A DNA stretch of 39,884 nt from Bacteroidota bacterium. GTDB taxonomy: Bacteria > Bacteroidota > Ignavibacteria > UBA10030 > UBA8401. The notes below the pieces were generated by a model. That model ran no database searches, was not told where the DNA came from, and saw only the letters and a list, made by a program, of their open reading frames with translations. Below are positions 8,672 through 16,342 of the stretch, one piece after another. The stretch is taken from NCBI GenBank assembly GCA_028749215.1, contig JAQUOA010000002.1, positions 1-39,884 on the forward strand, in the 5' to 3' direction. Position numbers and translations under genes: made by a program. How positions within the stretch are numbered: position 1 is the first letter of the stretch; every line of letters starts with the position of its first letter.

Positions 8672-8821
8672 CCAAGACATTCGTAATCTTGATGATGAAA
8701 GATGCTTAACTTGACTCTTGTCGATTAATCCTGCAATATACATTTGGTGTCTAAAAATACAGACGGGAATGATACAGTGAAGCGTGATGTTTATAGTACT
8801 AGAATGATGAGGAGGTTCGCC

Positions 8822-9820
8822 ATGAAATCTGTGCTGAAAAAATATTTACTTGGTGTTGCTGCGTTCGGTGGATTAATTTTTTCCGGATGCTATACTGAAG
8901 TTTCGACCCTAGATAACGATCATCAACAATACGCCTACACCGATGAATCGGATACCACGGTGACCGATAAAGATGTTACCATCAACAACAATTACTACCT
9001 TGATGATGATTATCGCCAGTCGCGTTTCAGATTGTCCTTCAATTATTACTATCCAACCTATCAGCCGTCGTGGATAGCAGGTTATTATTATTCGTATTAC
9101 GATGATTGGAATTTCGGATGGCATCAACCCTTCTATTATAATGATTGGTGCTACAATCCGCATCCGTATTGGTATCATAGTTGGTACTATGATCCGTTTT
9201 ATAATCCGTACCCGTACTATTATTATCATACACCAGGATATGCTTATGCACCGCCGTCAAACCCCGGTCGTATCAGAAATAATGGACCGTCACGCGATGC
9301 TGCGAATCCGAATGGTCGAACCAGATCGAATCCGTCAATTCCTTCTCCGGGAACTGCCGTAGCAACAACATCGCCAACGCCGAGAGTGAGAGAAACAGCA
9401 AGAGACAATGATGCACAACCGGTTACGACACGCCGGCGCGCTGAAGTGCCATGGTGGGAACGGGTAAACAATGAACAACAACGTACTCGGGATAACGAAG
9501 CCAGAAATTCAGGTAACGCTGTACGTCCGGGCGAGCGACAACGAGTTGATTCCGGTCCAACTCAGGGGACGAAAAGCGGTGATGCTCGACAGAATAACCG
9601 GCGCAGAGAAAGTTCACCGGCATACTCGCCACCGGCGCGGCGAAATAATAGTGGCGATGCAAAGCCTGCCGAACGACAACGCGGACGGCGTGAACAATCG
9701 TATTCACCACCGACACAAAATAGACAACCGGCGTACTCACCTCCACCAAGCAACACCGGTGGTCGGGGGCGGGGCGGTGAAAGTTCTGGCGGAGGGGGAA
9801 GAAAGAGAAGCGAACGATGA
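8822..9820 (+). CDS. Lipoprotein with a Tyr/Trp-rich segment and an Arg/Asn/Ser/Pro-rich low-complexity tail, unknown function
   Basis: ATG 8822 preceded by GGAGG (8811-8815). Signal peptide plus lipobox: MKSVLKKYLLGVAAFGGLIFSGC. The aromatic-rich block is at 8984-9256 and the Arg-rich tail carrying three YSPP motifs at 9257-9817. Coding is supported by the long ORF and the ATGA overlap with the next gene. Confidence 0.6.
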   Translation: MKSVLKKYLLGVAAFGGLIFSGCYTEVSTLDNDHQQYAYTDESDTTVTDKDVTINNNYYLDDDYRQSRFRLSFNYYYPTYQPSWIAGYYYSYYDDWNFGWHQPFYYNDWCYNPHPYWYHSWYYDPFYNPYPYYYYHTPGYAYAPPSNPGRIRNNGPSRDAANPNGRTRSNPSIPSPGTAVATTSPTPRVRETARDNDAQPVTTRRRAEVPWWERVNNEQQRTRDNEARNSGNAVRPGERQRVDSGPTQGTKSGDARQNNRRRESSPAYSPPARRNNSGDAKPAERQRGRREQSYSPPTQNRQPAYSPPPSNTGGRGRGGESSGGGGRKRSER

Positions 9821-10485
9821 ACACAACAAAAAAAATATTATGCACGTCAGTTTTGTTTGGCGTGATAATTTTTGCTGGATGTTATACGCAGTTAATGACA
9901 CCTCAGGAATACACAAAAGAACGCCGGCAAACTGTGGAGACTCAAGTTGTGCAATCTGAGAATTATAATCATTGCCTTTCGTGTCATTCAAGAGAGGAAC
10001 TTGACGATCGGTACATCGACTTAAAGTATTACGGAATTCACACAGTGCATGATGGTATTCCCCTCGATCCGATTGCATGGAACGATCCTTACGCTTCGCC
10101 GGGGTATATTCCCGAAATTGAATACGGCTGGCCCCGGCCGAATAATATTCTTCCCTGGTGGTTGCCGCCTGCAGCGAGCGTGACAGCAACAACACAAACT
10201 GAAACTAAAGATCGTACTAGAACTGCCGGCGCAACACGCGATGCTAATGATCGCACAAGGCGGTCAGAACCAATTTCAACGTACACACCACCGTCAACTC
10301 CGGTTGGAGGAACGTCGCCGTCGACACCTTCGCCGGCAGCAACTGTTGCGCCGCCGAAGCAAACGCAGCAGTCTGCCACAACAAATAGTACCGGACGAAC
10401 CAAAGATTCCACATCAAACACCAATAGCACATCACGCACTCGCGACAGCGGTTCAACGCGAGATGATGGTGATAGACATCGATAA
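9817..10485 (+). CDS. Lipoprotein with a single CxxCH motif (possible mono-heme c-type cytochrome) and a Thr/Ser/Pro/Arg-rich tail
   Basis: The ATG overlaps the upstream stop (ATGA at 9817-9820). Signal peptide plus lipobox: MNTTKKILCTSVLFGVIIFAGC. The only two Cys in the mature part form CLSCH (9973-9987). The low-complexity tail starts near 10160. Confidence 0.6.
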   Translation: MNTTKKILCTSVLFGVIIFAGCYTQLMTPQEYTKERRQTVETQVVQSENYNHCLSCHSREELDDRYIDLKYYGIHTVHDGIPLDPIAWNDPYASPGYIPEIEYGWPRPNNILPWWLPPAASVTATTQTETKDRTRTAGATRDANDRTRRSEPISTYTPPSTPVGGTSPSTPSPAATVAPPKQTQQSATTNSTGRTKDSTSNTNSTSRTRDSGSTRDDGDRHR

Positions 10486-10507
10486 TATTTCTTGGAGAAG
10501 GATTTGT

Positions 10508-11971
10508 ATGAAGAGCTTGCAGAAAATATGGCTTTCACTTTTTTTTATCATGACAGTTTCGTATTCGCAATTTACGGAAGATGCACTTCGTTATTCACAG
10601 CGCGGCGATGGAGTGGGTGCGCGAGCGATGGGAATGGGTAATGCGTACATCGGAGTTTCAGATGATTACAGTGCCGCCGTCTGGAATCCAGCTGGACTTG
10701 CACAACTGCGCAGATTAGAATTTACCGGGGGAATTTCAAATTACGGTTTGACTAACGATGCTTCATATCTTGGGACGAAAACATCAGACAATACCGCGGC
10801 AACATCTCTTGATAATTTAGGATTTGTTTTCCCTTTCCCAACGGAGCGCGGAAGTTTGGTCTTTGCTGTCGGCTATAACCGTCTTGTCAATTACGCATCG
10901 GTTGTCTCATTCAATGGATTCAATAGTCAAAGTTCTATCATACCAACGCTGTATGATTCAGATGTAAGATACGATGTTCCGTTTAATACGAATCTTACAA
11001 ATAATTATGGATACACCGCCATTCAGGGCAATGTAAATCAAAGCGGCACGCTCAAGGAAAGCGGGCGTTTAGGTCAATGGTCATTTTCCGGTGCCATTGA
11101 TGTCGAGGAAAATATTTCCATCGGTATTTCATTGAATGTCTTGAATGGTTCGTACAATAGTACACGTAATTACCTAGAGGCAGATACAAAAAATATGTTT
11201 AATAATGCCTCTGCTAATTTGCCGATTGATTCTGCGTACCTTCGCTTTAATAAATTTTATTATGATAGTTTCCTGCACAGCGACCTGAGCGGAGGCGGTG
11301 TGACTTTTGGTGCCATGTATCGATCGGATGTCTTTCGAGTTGGTTTAATTGCAAAATCACCAACGTCTATTACTATCAAAGAAACATACAGCTACGCCGG
11401 ACAAAGTGTGTTCGACAATGCTGGGACTTGGCAGCCATATTATGATTCTTCAGCCAGTCGTTGGATTACGTCACCATATACACAGCACTCTACACCTGAA
11501 ACACCAAACGAGTATGGCATAAGTTCTCCCTGGACACTTGGAGGAGGTTTCTCTTGGTATGTTGTACCGCAACTTCTTCTTGCTGTAGATATTGAACACA
11601 CAGATTGGACCCAAATAGAGTGGAAAGATAATGCAGATTTGGAAAAAGGGAATATCGACCTTCAAAAAAATTTTCGAGCGGTGACAAGTTACCGGGTAGG
11701 TGCCGAGTTTGATATTCCAAAGACCGACGTGCGTGTTCGAGGAGGTTACTCGATGACACCGTCCCCGTATAAAAATGATCCAAGCTCGTATGGACATACA
11801 TTGATCACCGGCGGTGCAGGTATCCTTCTGCAACGCAATGTTGTGCTTGATGCCGCTGTAGCGTTTGGTTCATTTAAATCCTTCCAATACCAATACTCTG
11901 GGAATACTTCTCGCACGGACGAATCAAAATCTACGACGCAGGTCAATGTAACGCTGGGATATAGGTTTTAA
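10508..11971 (+). CDS. Outer-membrane beta-barrel of the FadL / PorV-like type
   Basis: ATG 10508 gives signal peptide MKSLQKIWLSLFFIMTVSYSQ. The N-terminal motif GARAMGMGNAYIGVSDDYSAAVWNPAGLA is characteristic of FadL/TodX and PorV/PorQ-type barrels. The C-terminus ends VNVTLGYRF. The ORF-track start at 10241 is an out-of-context extension overlapping the previous gene. Confidence 0.65.
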   Translation: MKSLQKIWLSLFFIMTVSYSQFTEDALRYSQRGDGVGARAMGMGNAYIGVSDDYSAAVWNPAGLAQLRRLEFTGGISNYGLTNDASYLGTKTSDNTAATSLDNLGFVFPFPTERGSLVFAVGYNRLVNYASVVSFNGFNSQSSIIPTLYDSDVRYDVPFNTNLTNNYGYTAIQGNVNQSGTLKESGRLGQWSFSGAIDVEENISIGISLNVLNGSYNSTRNYLEADTKNMFNNASANLPIDSAYLRFNKFYYDSFLHSDLSGGGVTFGAMYRSDVFRVGLIAKSPTSITIKETYSYAGQSVFDNAGTWQPYYDSSASRWITSPYTQHSTPETPNEYGISSPWTLGGGFSWYVVPQLLLAVDIEHTDWTQIEWKDNADLEKGNIDLQKNFRAVTSYRVGAEFDIPKTDVRVRGGYSMTPSPYKNDPSSYGHTLITGGAGILLQRNVVLDAAVAFGSFKSFQYQYSGNTSRTDESKSTTQVNVTLGYRF

Positions 11972-11993
11972 GCCATTTCTCATTGTAGAAACT

Positions 11994-12029
11994 AAAAAAC
12001 CATCCCGATGAATTGGGATGGTTTTTTTT
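11994..12029 (+). terminator. Rho-independent terminator after the 7.9-12 kb envelope cluster
   Basis: A-run, then a 7-bp stem CCATCCC (12000-12006) pairing with GGGATGG (12015-12021) around an 8-nt loop, then T8 (12022-12029). Confidence 0.7.
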
Positions 12030-12098
12030 GTTGTCTTTCATCGTAACATTCAATAGTTTTAATGCGAAGAGTCCTTTTTACGTGAAGAAGGAGAATTT

Positions 12099-13283
12099 AT
12101 GTTCGGCAGCAAACCGCAGGTCAATACAAAAGCTCAGGAGCAGAAAGAGAAGATCTCGAAGCACCTTCGCGCAGCAGATGAATTTTTCCGCTACAACCGT
12201 TTTGAAGAAGCTCTCACACAAATTGATTTTGTCTTCTTGATCGACCCAAAAAATGCACTGGCACGTTCTTTTAAAGAGCGCATTATTATGATGCAGAAAC
12301 GTGCACAAGGGGCATCCGCGAAAGAGAATCCTGTAGCAATGTCTGAAGAACAAAAACAATCGGCAGTGGCGCAGTTACTTGCTTCGGCTGATGAAATGAT
12401 CCGCAATAAAGATTATAAACGTGCTTTAAACTACGTTGCCGATGTGTACAAAATTGAACCTCAAAATTACTTTGCAAAATCATACTCTGACCGTATTGAC
12501 ATGCTCATGCAGCAGCATCAACAGGAAGCGGCAAAAATTCTTAGCTCGACAACATCTCCGTCTCACACCGATCAGACCGGGCAACAATCCGTGCACGGGG
12601 CGTTTTTTATGTACCGCGAGTTGATGAAAGAAGTATGGTTCGACGGGAAAGTGACACCGGAAGAAGAACAGGAATTAAAACGGGTGAGAGATATTTTTAA
12701 TATCACCAATAAAGAACATTTTGAAATTGAACGTGAAGTAAAAACAGAAGCCTACATTGAAGCACTTCATCTTGCATGGAAGGACGGAGTGTTGACGCAA
12801 AATGAACGGCAGGTGCTTGAGCTGATGCGTCAAAAGTACGGCATTTCGAGCGATGAACATCAGCTTGCTGAAAGCAAAGTACAGGAAGCAAAAAAAGGAA
12901 CACCGACGAAAGCCACCATCCTTATTGTTGATGAAGATAAGGACCACCGCACCGGATTGACGACATACTTTACAGAACGGAATTACCAAATTTTTGCCGC
13001 GGCAAACGTTGAAGAAGCTTTTCGATACATGGTCAAACAATTTCCGAACATCGTTCTTACCGACATCATTTTTTTCTCAAGCAAGCTTGACGGATTTTCA
13101 CTGTTTGAAAAAACCAAAGAACTTTCCACCATGCAGCACATTCCATTTTTCTTCATGAGCAAAAAGAGAGATGAAAAAATTATTCGTGCGGCAATGCGAA
13201 TGGGATTAGATCTCTACTTCTCTAAACCTGTCGATCAAGAACTCTTGCTGGCAGCAATCGAAGGCAAACTGCGCGTGAAGTAG
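12099..13283 (+). CDS. Response-regulator receiver protein with helical-repeat N-terminal modules and no recognisable output domain
   Basis: The C-terminal REC domain (about 12909-13280) has all canonical positions: ILIVDEDKD (acidic pocket), IVLTDIIF (phospho-Asp), FFFMSKK (Ser/Thr) and YFSKP (Lys). The N-terminus has two TPR-like repeats and two 'G(K/V)(V/L)T..E...L' repeats. RBS GAAGGAG lies upstream. Confidence 0.75.
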   Translation: MFGSKPQVNTKAQEQKEKISKHLRAADEFFRYNRFEEALTQIDFVFLIDPKNALARSFKERIIMMQKRAQGASAKENPVAMSEEQKQSAVAQLLASADEMIRNKDYKRALNYVADVYKIEPQNYFAKSYSDRIDMLMQQHQQEAAKILSSTTSPSHTDQTGQQSVHGAFFMYRELMKEVWFDGKVTPEEEQELKRVRDIFNITNKEHFEIEREVKTEAYIEALHLAWKDGVLTQNERQVLELMRQKYGISSDEHQLAESKVQEAKKGTPTKATILIVDEDKDHRTGLTTYFTERNYQIFAAANVEEAFRYMVKQFPNIVLTDIIFFSSKLDGFSLFEKTKELSTMQHIPFFFMSKKRDEKIIRAAMRMGLDLYFSKPVDQELLLAAIEGKLRVK

Positions 13284-13427
13284 TTTCCCGCCCCACGTCA
13301 TACTCTTGCGACAATATTTTTGTTGATTGATCGTCTCATTCTTGGAGCGGAGACATCATTTGCCTCATAGTTGACGCCGGCACGCCGCTAAAGCACCGAA
13401 CAAAAATCATCAATCTTATCTACCACT

Positions 13428-14582
13428 ATGAAACGTCAATTTATAATTTTTTTTAGCATCGTCTTGACGATCTATGCCGTGATCCATTGGTATATTTTTC
13501 TCAGAGGATGGAATGCTTTTGCTCTGCTTTCCGAATATAGAGGATGGATATTAGCGGCCGGAATTCTTTTGGCCTCGGCATTCCCTGTCGGACGTATACT
13601 CGAACGGTTTACCTTGTCACTGTTCAGCGAAGTGATCGTGTACATTGGTGCCGTGTGGCTGGCGGAGATGGTGTATCTGTTTCTGTTCATTGCACTGGTT
13701 GATATTCTTCGTGTCATCAATTTCTTTATTCCATTCTTTCCCTCCTTCATCGTCCAACACTATCAACAAACAAGTTTGTGGGCTGGAGTTATTGTTCTGT
13801 CACTCTCCTCTCTTATTACGGCAGGAGGATTTATCAATGCACGATTTCCGCGGATAAAGATCCTTCACCTTGCTACTCCAGGAAAAAATTCATCACAAAA
13901 AGAATTGAATATTGCCGTTGTATCCGATATTCACCTTGGTACCATCATGGGGAAAAATCGGCTTGGTTATATTGTTGATAAAATTAATTCACTTAATCCC
14001 GACATTGTTCTTTTGCCCGGCGATGTTTTTGATGAAGATATTGGAAAGGTGATCAAGAATAATCTTGGTGAAATTCTGCGCACGATAAAATCCAAGTACG
14101 GAACCTATGCTGTGACCGGCAACCATGAGTACTTTGGGGACGCCGAACAGGCGGTGGCATATTTACGAGCACACGACATTACAGTGCTGCGCGATGAAGC
14201 AGTGAATATTTCCGATGTCGTTACCGTCATTGGAAGGGAAGATGTGAGTTCACGATCAATGAATGGAAAACACCGGAAGTCTCTTCAGGACATTCTTTCA
14301 TCCGCCCAACATCATCTTCCCACTATCGTTCTCGATCATCAACCGTTTCATCTTGAAGAACCGGCAGAGACGAATATTGATCTTCAGCTTTCGGGGCATA
14401 CCCATCACGGACAGCTGTGGCCTTTTAATTTTATTACCAACCGCGTCTACGAAGTAAGCTGGGGATACAAAAAAAAGATGAACACACACATTTATGTTTC
14501 ATGCGGCGCCGGTTCATGGGGGCCTCCTGTCCGGACCGGCAACAGGCCGGAGATTGTCAACGTGCGGTTGAGGTTTGTGTAG
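13428..14582 (+). CDS. Membrane-anchored metallophosphoesterase (YkuE/YaeI-like)
   Basis: The N-terminal region has several hydrophobic helices. Calcineurin-like motifs follow: VVSDIHLG, LLPGDVFDE, VTGNHEYF and SGHTHHGQ. Confidence 0.85.
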   Translation: MKRQFIIFFSIVLTIYAVIHWYIFLRGWNAFALLSEYRGWILAAGILLASAFPVGRILERFTLSLFSEVIVYIGAVWLAEMVYLFLFIALVDILRVINFFIPFFPSFIVQHYQQTSLWAGVIVLSLSSLITAGGFINARFPRIKILHLATPGKNSSQKELNIAVVSDIHLGTIMGKNRLGYIVDKINSLNPDIVLLPGDVFDEDIGKVIKNNLGEILRTIKSKYGTYAVTGNHEYFGDAEQAVAYLRAHDITVLRDEAVNISDVVTVIGREDVSSRSMNGKHRKSLQDILSSAQHHLPTIVLDHQPFHLEEPAETNIDLQLSGHTHHGQLWPFNFITNRVYEVSWGYKKKMNTHIYVSCGAGSWGPPVRTGNRPEIVNVRLRFV

Positions 14583-14611
14583 AAAGTTGGTATTATCGGT
14601 AAACACTTTCT

Positions 14612-15091
14612 ATGAAATCTCCAGACATCATTTCTGCAATCGTCCGGCAGCTTGAAGAATCCTACCATCAGCAGTCGTGGCATGGAACAAATCTGCGCGG
14701 CTCAATTCGCGGCGTACCATTGACACAGGCTCTGTGGAGGCCTTCACCGAATCGTCACAACATTTGGGAAGTGGTCGTGCATTGTGCGTACTGGAAGTAC
14801 ACTGTCCGCCGGCGATTAACGGGTGAGAAGCGCGGTTCATTTCCATTGAAAGGAAGCAACTGGTTCAAACGTTCACCCGATGGAACAGAGGAACAGTGGA
14901 AGAAGGATGTTCGTTTGCTTGAAGAGATGCATTACCTGCTTGTTGAAGAAGTGAAAAAACTTTCCGCTTTTGATCTCATCAAACATACTGCTGGCAGCAA
15001 GTTTACCAACTTACAAACCATCACCGGTATAGCAATGCACGATGTGTACCATGCAGGACAAATTCAGCTATTGAAACGCCTGCAAAAATAG
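14612..15091 (+). CDS. DinB-superfamily protein
   Basis: 159 aa with spaced His residues typical of the DinB four-helix bundle: WHGTNLRGSI, NIWEVVVHCAYWKY and AMHDVYHAGQIQLLKR. Confidence 0.8.
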   Translation: MKSPDIISAIVRQLEESYHQQSWHGTNLRGSIRGVPLTQALWRPSPNRHNIWEVVVHCAYWKYTVRRRLTGEKRGSFPLKGSNWFKRSPDGTEEQWKKDVRLLEEMHYLLVEEVKKLSAFDLIKHTAGSKFTNLQTITGIAMHDVYHAGQIQLLKRLQK

Positions 15092-15120
15092 TGTATAAAT
15101 TTTTGATGCCCAAAAAAATC

Positions 15121-16209
15121 ATGAAACAATTTTTCAAACCCTCGGTTAACTGGCTTCTTATATTTATTCCACTCACCGTTGCGGCTGAATATTTTTTCCA
15201 TTCTTCGCCAACGGTGCTTTTTCTTTTCTCCTGTCTTTCAATCGTGCCGCTGGCGGGATGGCTTGGCAAAGCAACTGAACATCTCGCAGAAAAAACCGGC
15301 GAAGGGATCGGCGGTTTGTTGAACGCCACATTCGGCAACGCCGCAGAATTAATTATAGCGCTCATGGCGCTCAACAAAGGATTGTACGATGTTGTGAAGG
15401 CATCAATTACCGGCTCCATCATTGGCAACCTGCTTCTTGTGCTGGGTGCGGCATTTCTTGCCGGCGGAATAAAACACAAAGTACAGAGATTTAATCCCGT
15501 CGGTGCGCGCACCATGGGGACAGTGCTCACACTCGCTTCCATCGGGCTGATTGCGCCGGCGTTGTTTCACTATTTTGGCGGAAGCAATATAGCACACCGT
15601 GAATCAGATCTCAGTTTTGAGATTGCGGTCGTTCTGTTAATTACCTATCTGCTCAGCCTCCTTTTTTCTTTAAAGACTCATAAACAATTTTTTGTGGGAG
15701 AAGCGGCTGAAGCAGCCGAAGTGAATGAAGGAAAGCACGGCTTGTGGAGTACAAGAAAATCTTTAATGGTACTCGCCGGTGCAACATTGTTCATTGCGTG
15801 GATGAGCGAAATTCTCGTCGGTTCGGTTGAACTTGCCGCTCACGCCATGGGAATGACAAGCATCTTTGTCGGAGTGATTGTTGTAGCGATCATCGGCAAC
15901 GCAGCGGAACACAGCACCGCGATTATGGTAGCAATGAAAAACAGAATGGATCTGAGCGTTGGCATTGCGATCGGAAGCAGCGTACAAGTGGCATTGTTTG
16001 TTGCACCTGTGCTCGTATTTTTGAGCCGTATCGTTGGCCCGCGCCCGATGGATTTAGTGTTTACGCCGATCGAGATTCTTGCGATTGCGCTTGCGGCACT
16101 GATTACAGAGCAAATAGACAGCGACGGTGAAAGTAATTGGTTTGAAGGAGTCCAGCTTATTTCCGTCTATATTATTTTTGCGTTGGTTTTTTATTTTTTA
16201 CCGGCATAA
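15121..16209 (+). CDS. Ca2+/H+ antiporter (CaCA/CAX family)
   Basis: Two alpha-repeat signature motifs, GNAAELIIA and GNAAEHSTA, lie within about 11 hydrophobic segments. The start is uncertain: the ORF opens at GTG 15091 (1-nt overlap with the DinB stop), and ATG 15106 and ATG 15121 are alternatives. Confidence 0.85.
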   Translation: MKQFFKPSVNWLLIFIPLTVAAEYFFHSSPTVLFLFSCLSIVPLAGWLGKATEHLAEKTGEGIGGLLNATFGNAAELIIALMALNKGLYDVVKASITGSIIGNLLLVLGAAFLAGGIKHKVQRFNPVGARTMGTVLTLASIGLIAPALFHYFGGSNIAHRESDLSFEIAVVLLITYLLSLLFSLKTHKQFFVGEAAEAAEVNEGKHGLWSTRKSLMVLAGATLFIAWMSEILVGSVELAAHAMGMTSIFVGVIVVAIIGNAAEHSTAIMVAMKNRMDLSVGIAIGSSVQVALFVAPVLVFLSRIVGPRPMDLVFTPIEILAIALAALITEQIDSDGESNWFEGVQLISVYIIFALVFYFLPA

Positions 16210-16342
16210 ACAATTGTAAAGATAATCCAGCCTCTTTTCTCCGTAGCACTTCTGAACTTTTCAGATTTATTCTTGGAATTAGTACCATATCATCGTACCT
16301 TTCCACAGCCGCAAAATGCCTCACATGACCTTGCGAATGCCT

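Noticed and set aside
8909-9362. Ile/Arg-rich ORFs on other frames and on the opposite strand (8909-9229 minus, 9039-9260 minus, 9102-9362 plus)
   Set aside because: They are artefacts of the TAT/TAC/CCG codon runs encoding the Tyr-rich segment. Their translations are homopolymer-like.
9423-9959. Alternative-frame ORFs across the Arg-rich tail (9471-9959 plus, 9423-9845 minus, 9562-9756 minus)
   Set aside because: The region is GC- and CGN-rich, so it stays open in several frames. Only the frame continuous with the lipoprotein signal peptide, and coupled by ATGA to the next gene, makes sense.
10241-10507. 5' extension of the FadL/PorV-like ORF, giving 576 aa from 10241
   Set aside because: It overlaps the preceding lipoprotein gene in another frame and encodes an Arg-rich non-signal peptide. 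ATG 10508 gives a proper signal peptide and follows a GGAGAAGGA RBS.
12013-12240. 75-aa + strand ORF spanning the terminator region
   Set aside because: It starts inside the terminator stem and T-run and overlaps the better-supported response-regulator gene in another frame.
13428-15091. Metallophosphoesterase plus DinB-family pair as a defence or toxin-type module
   Set aside because: Both look like common housekeeping-type families. No nuclease, ATPase, NTPase or sensor partner is present and there is no mobile-element context.
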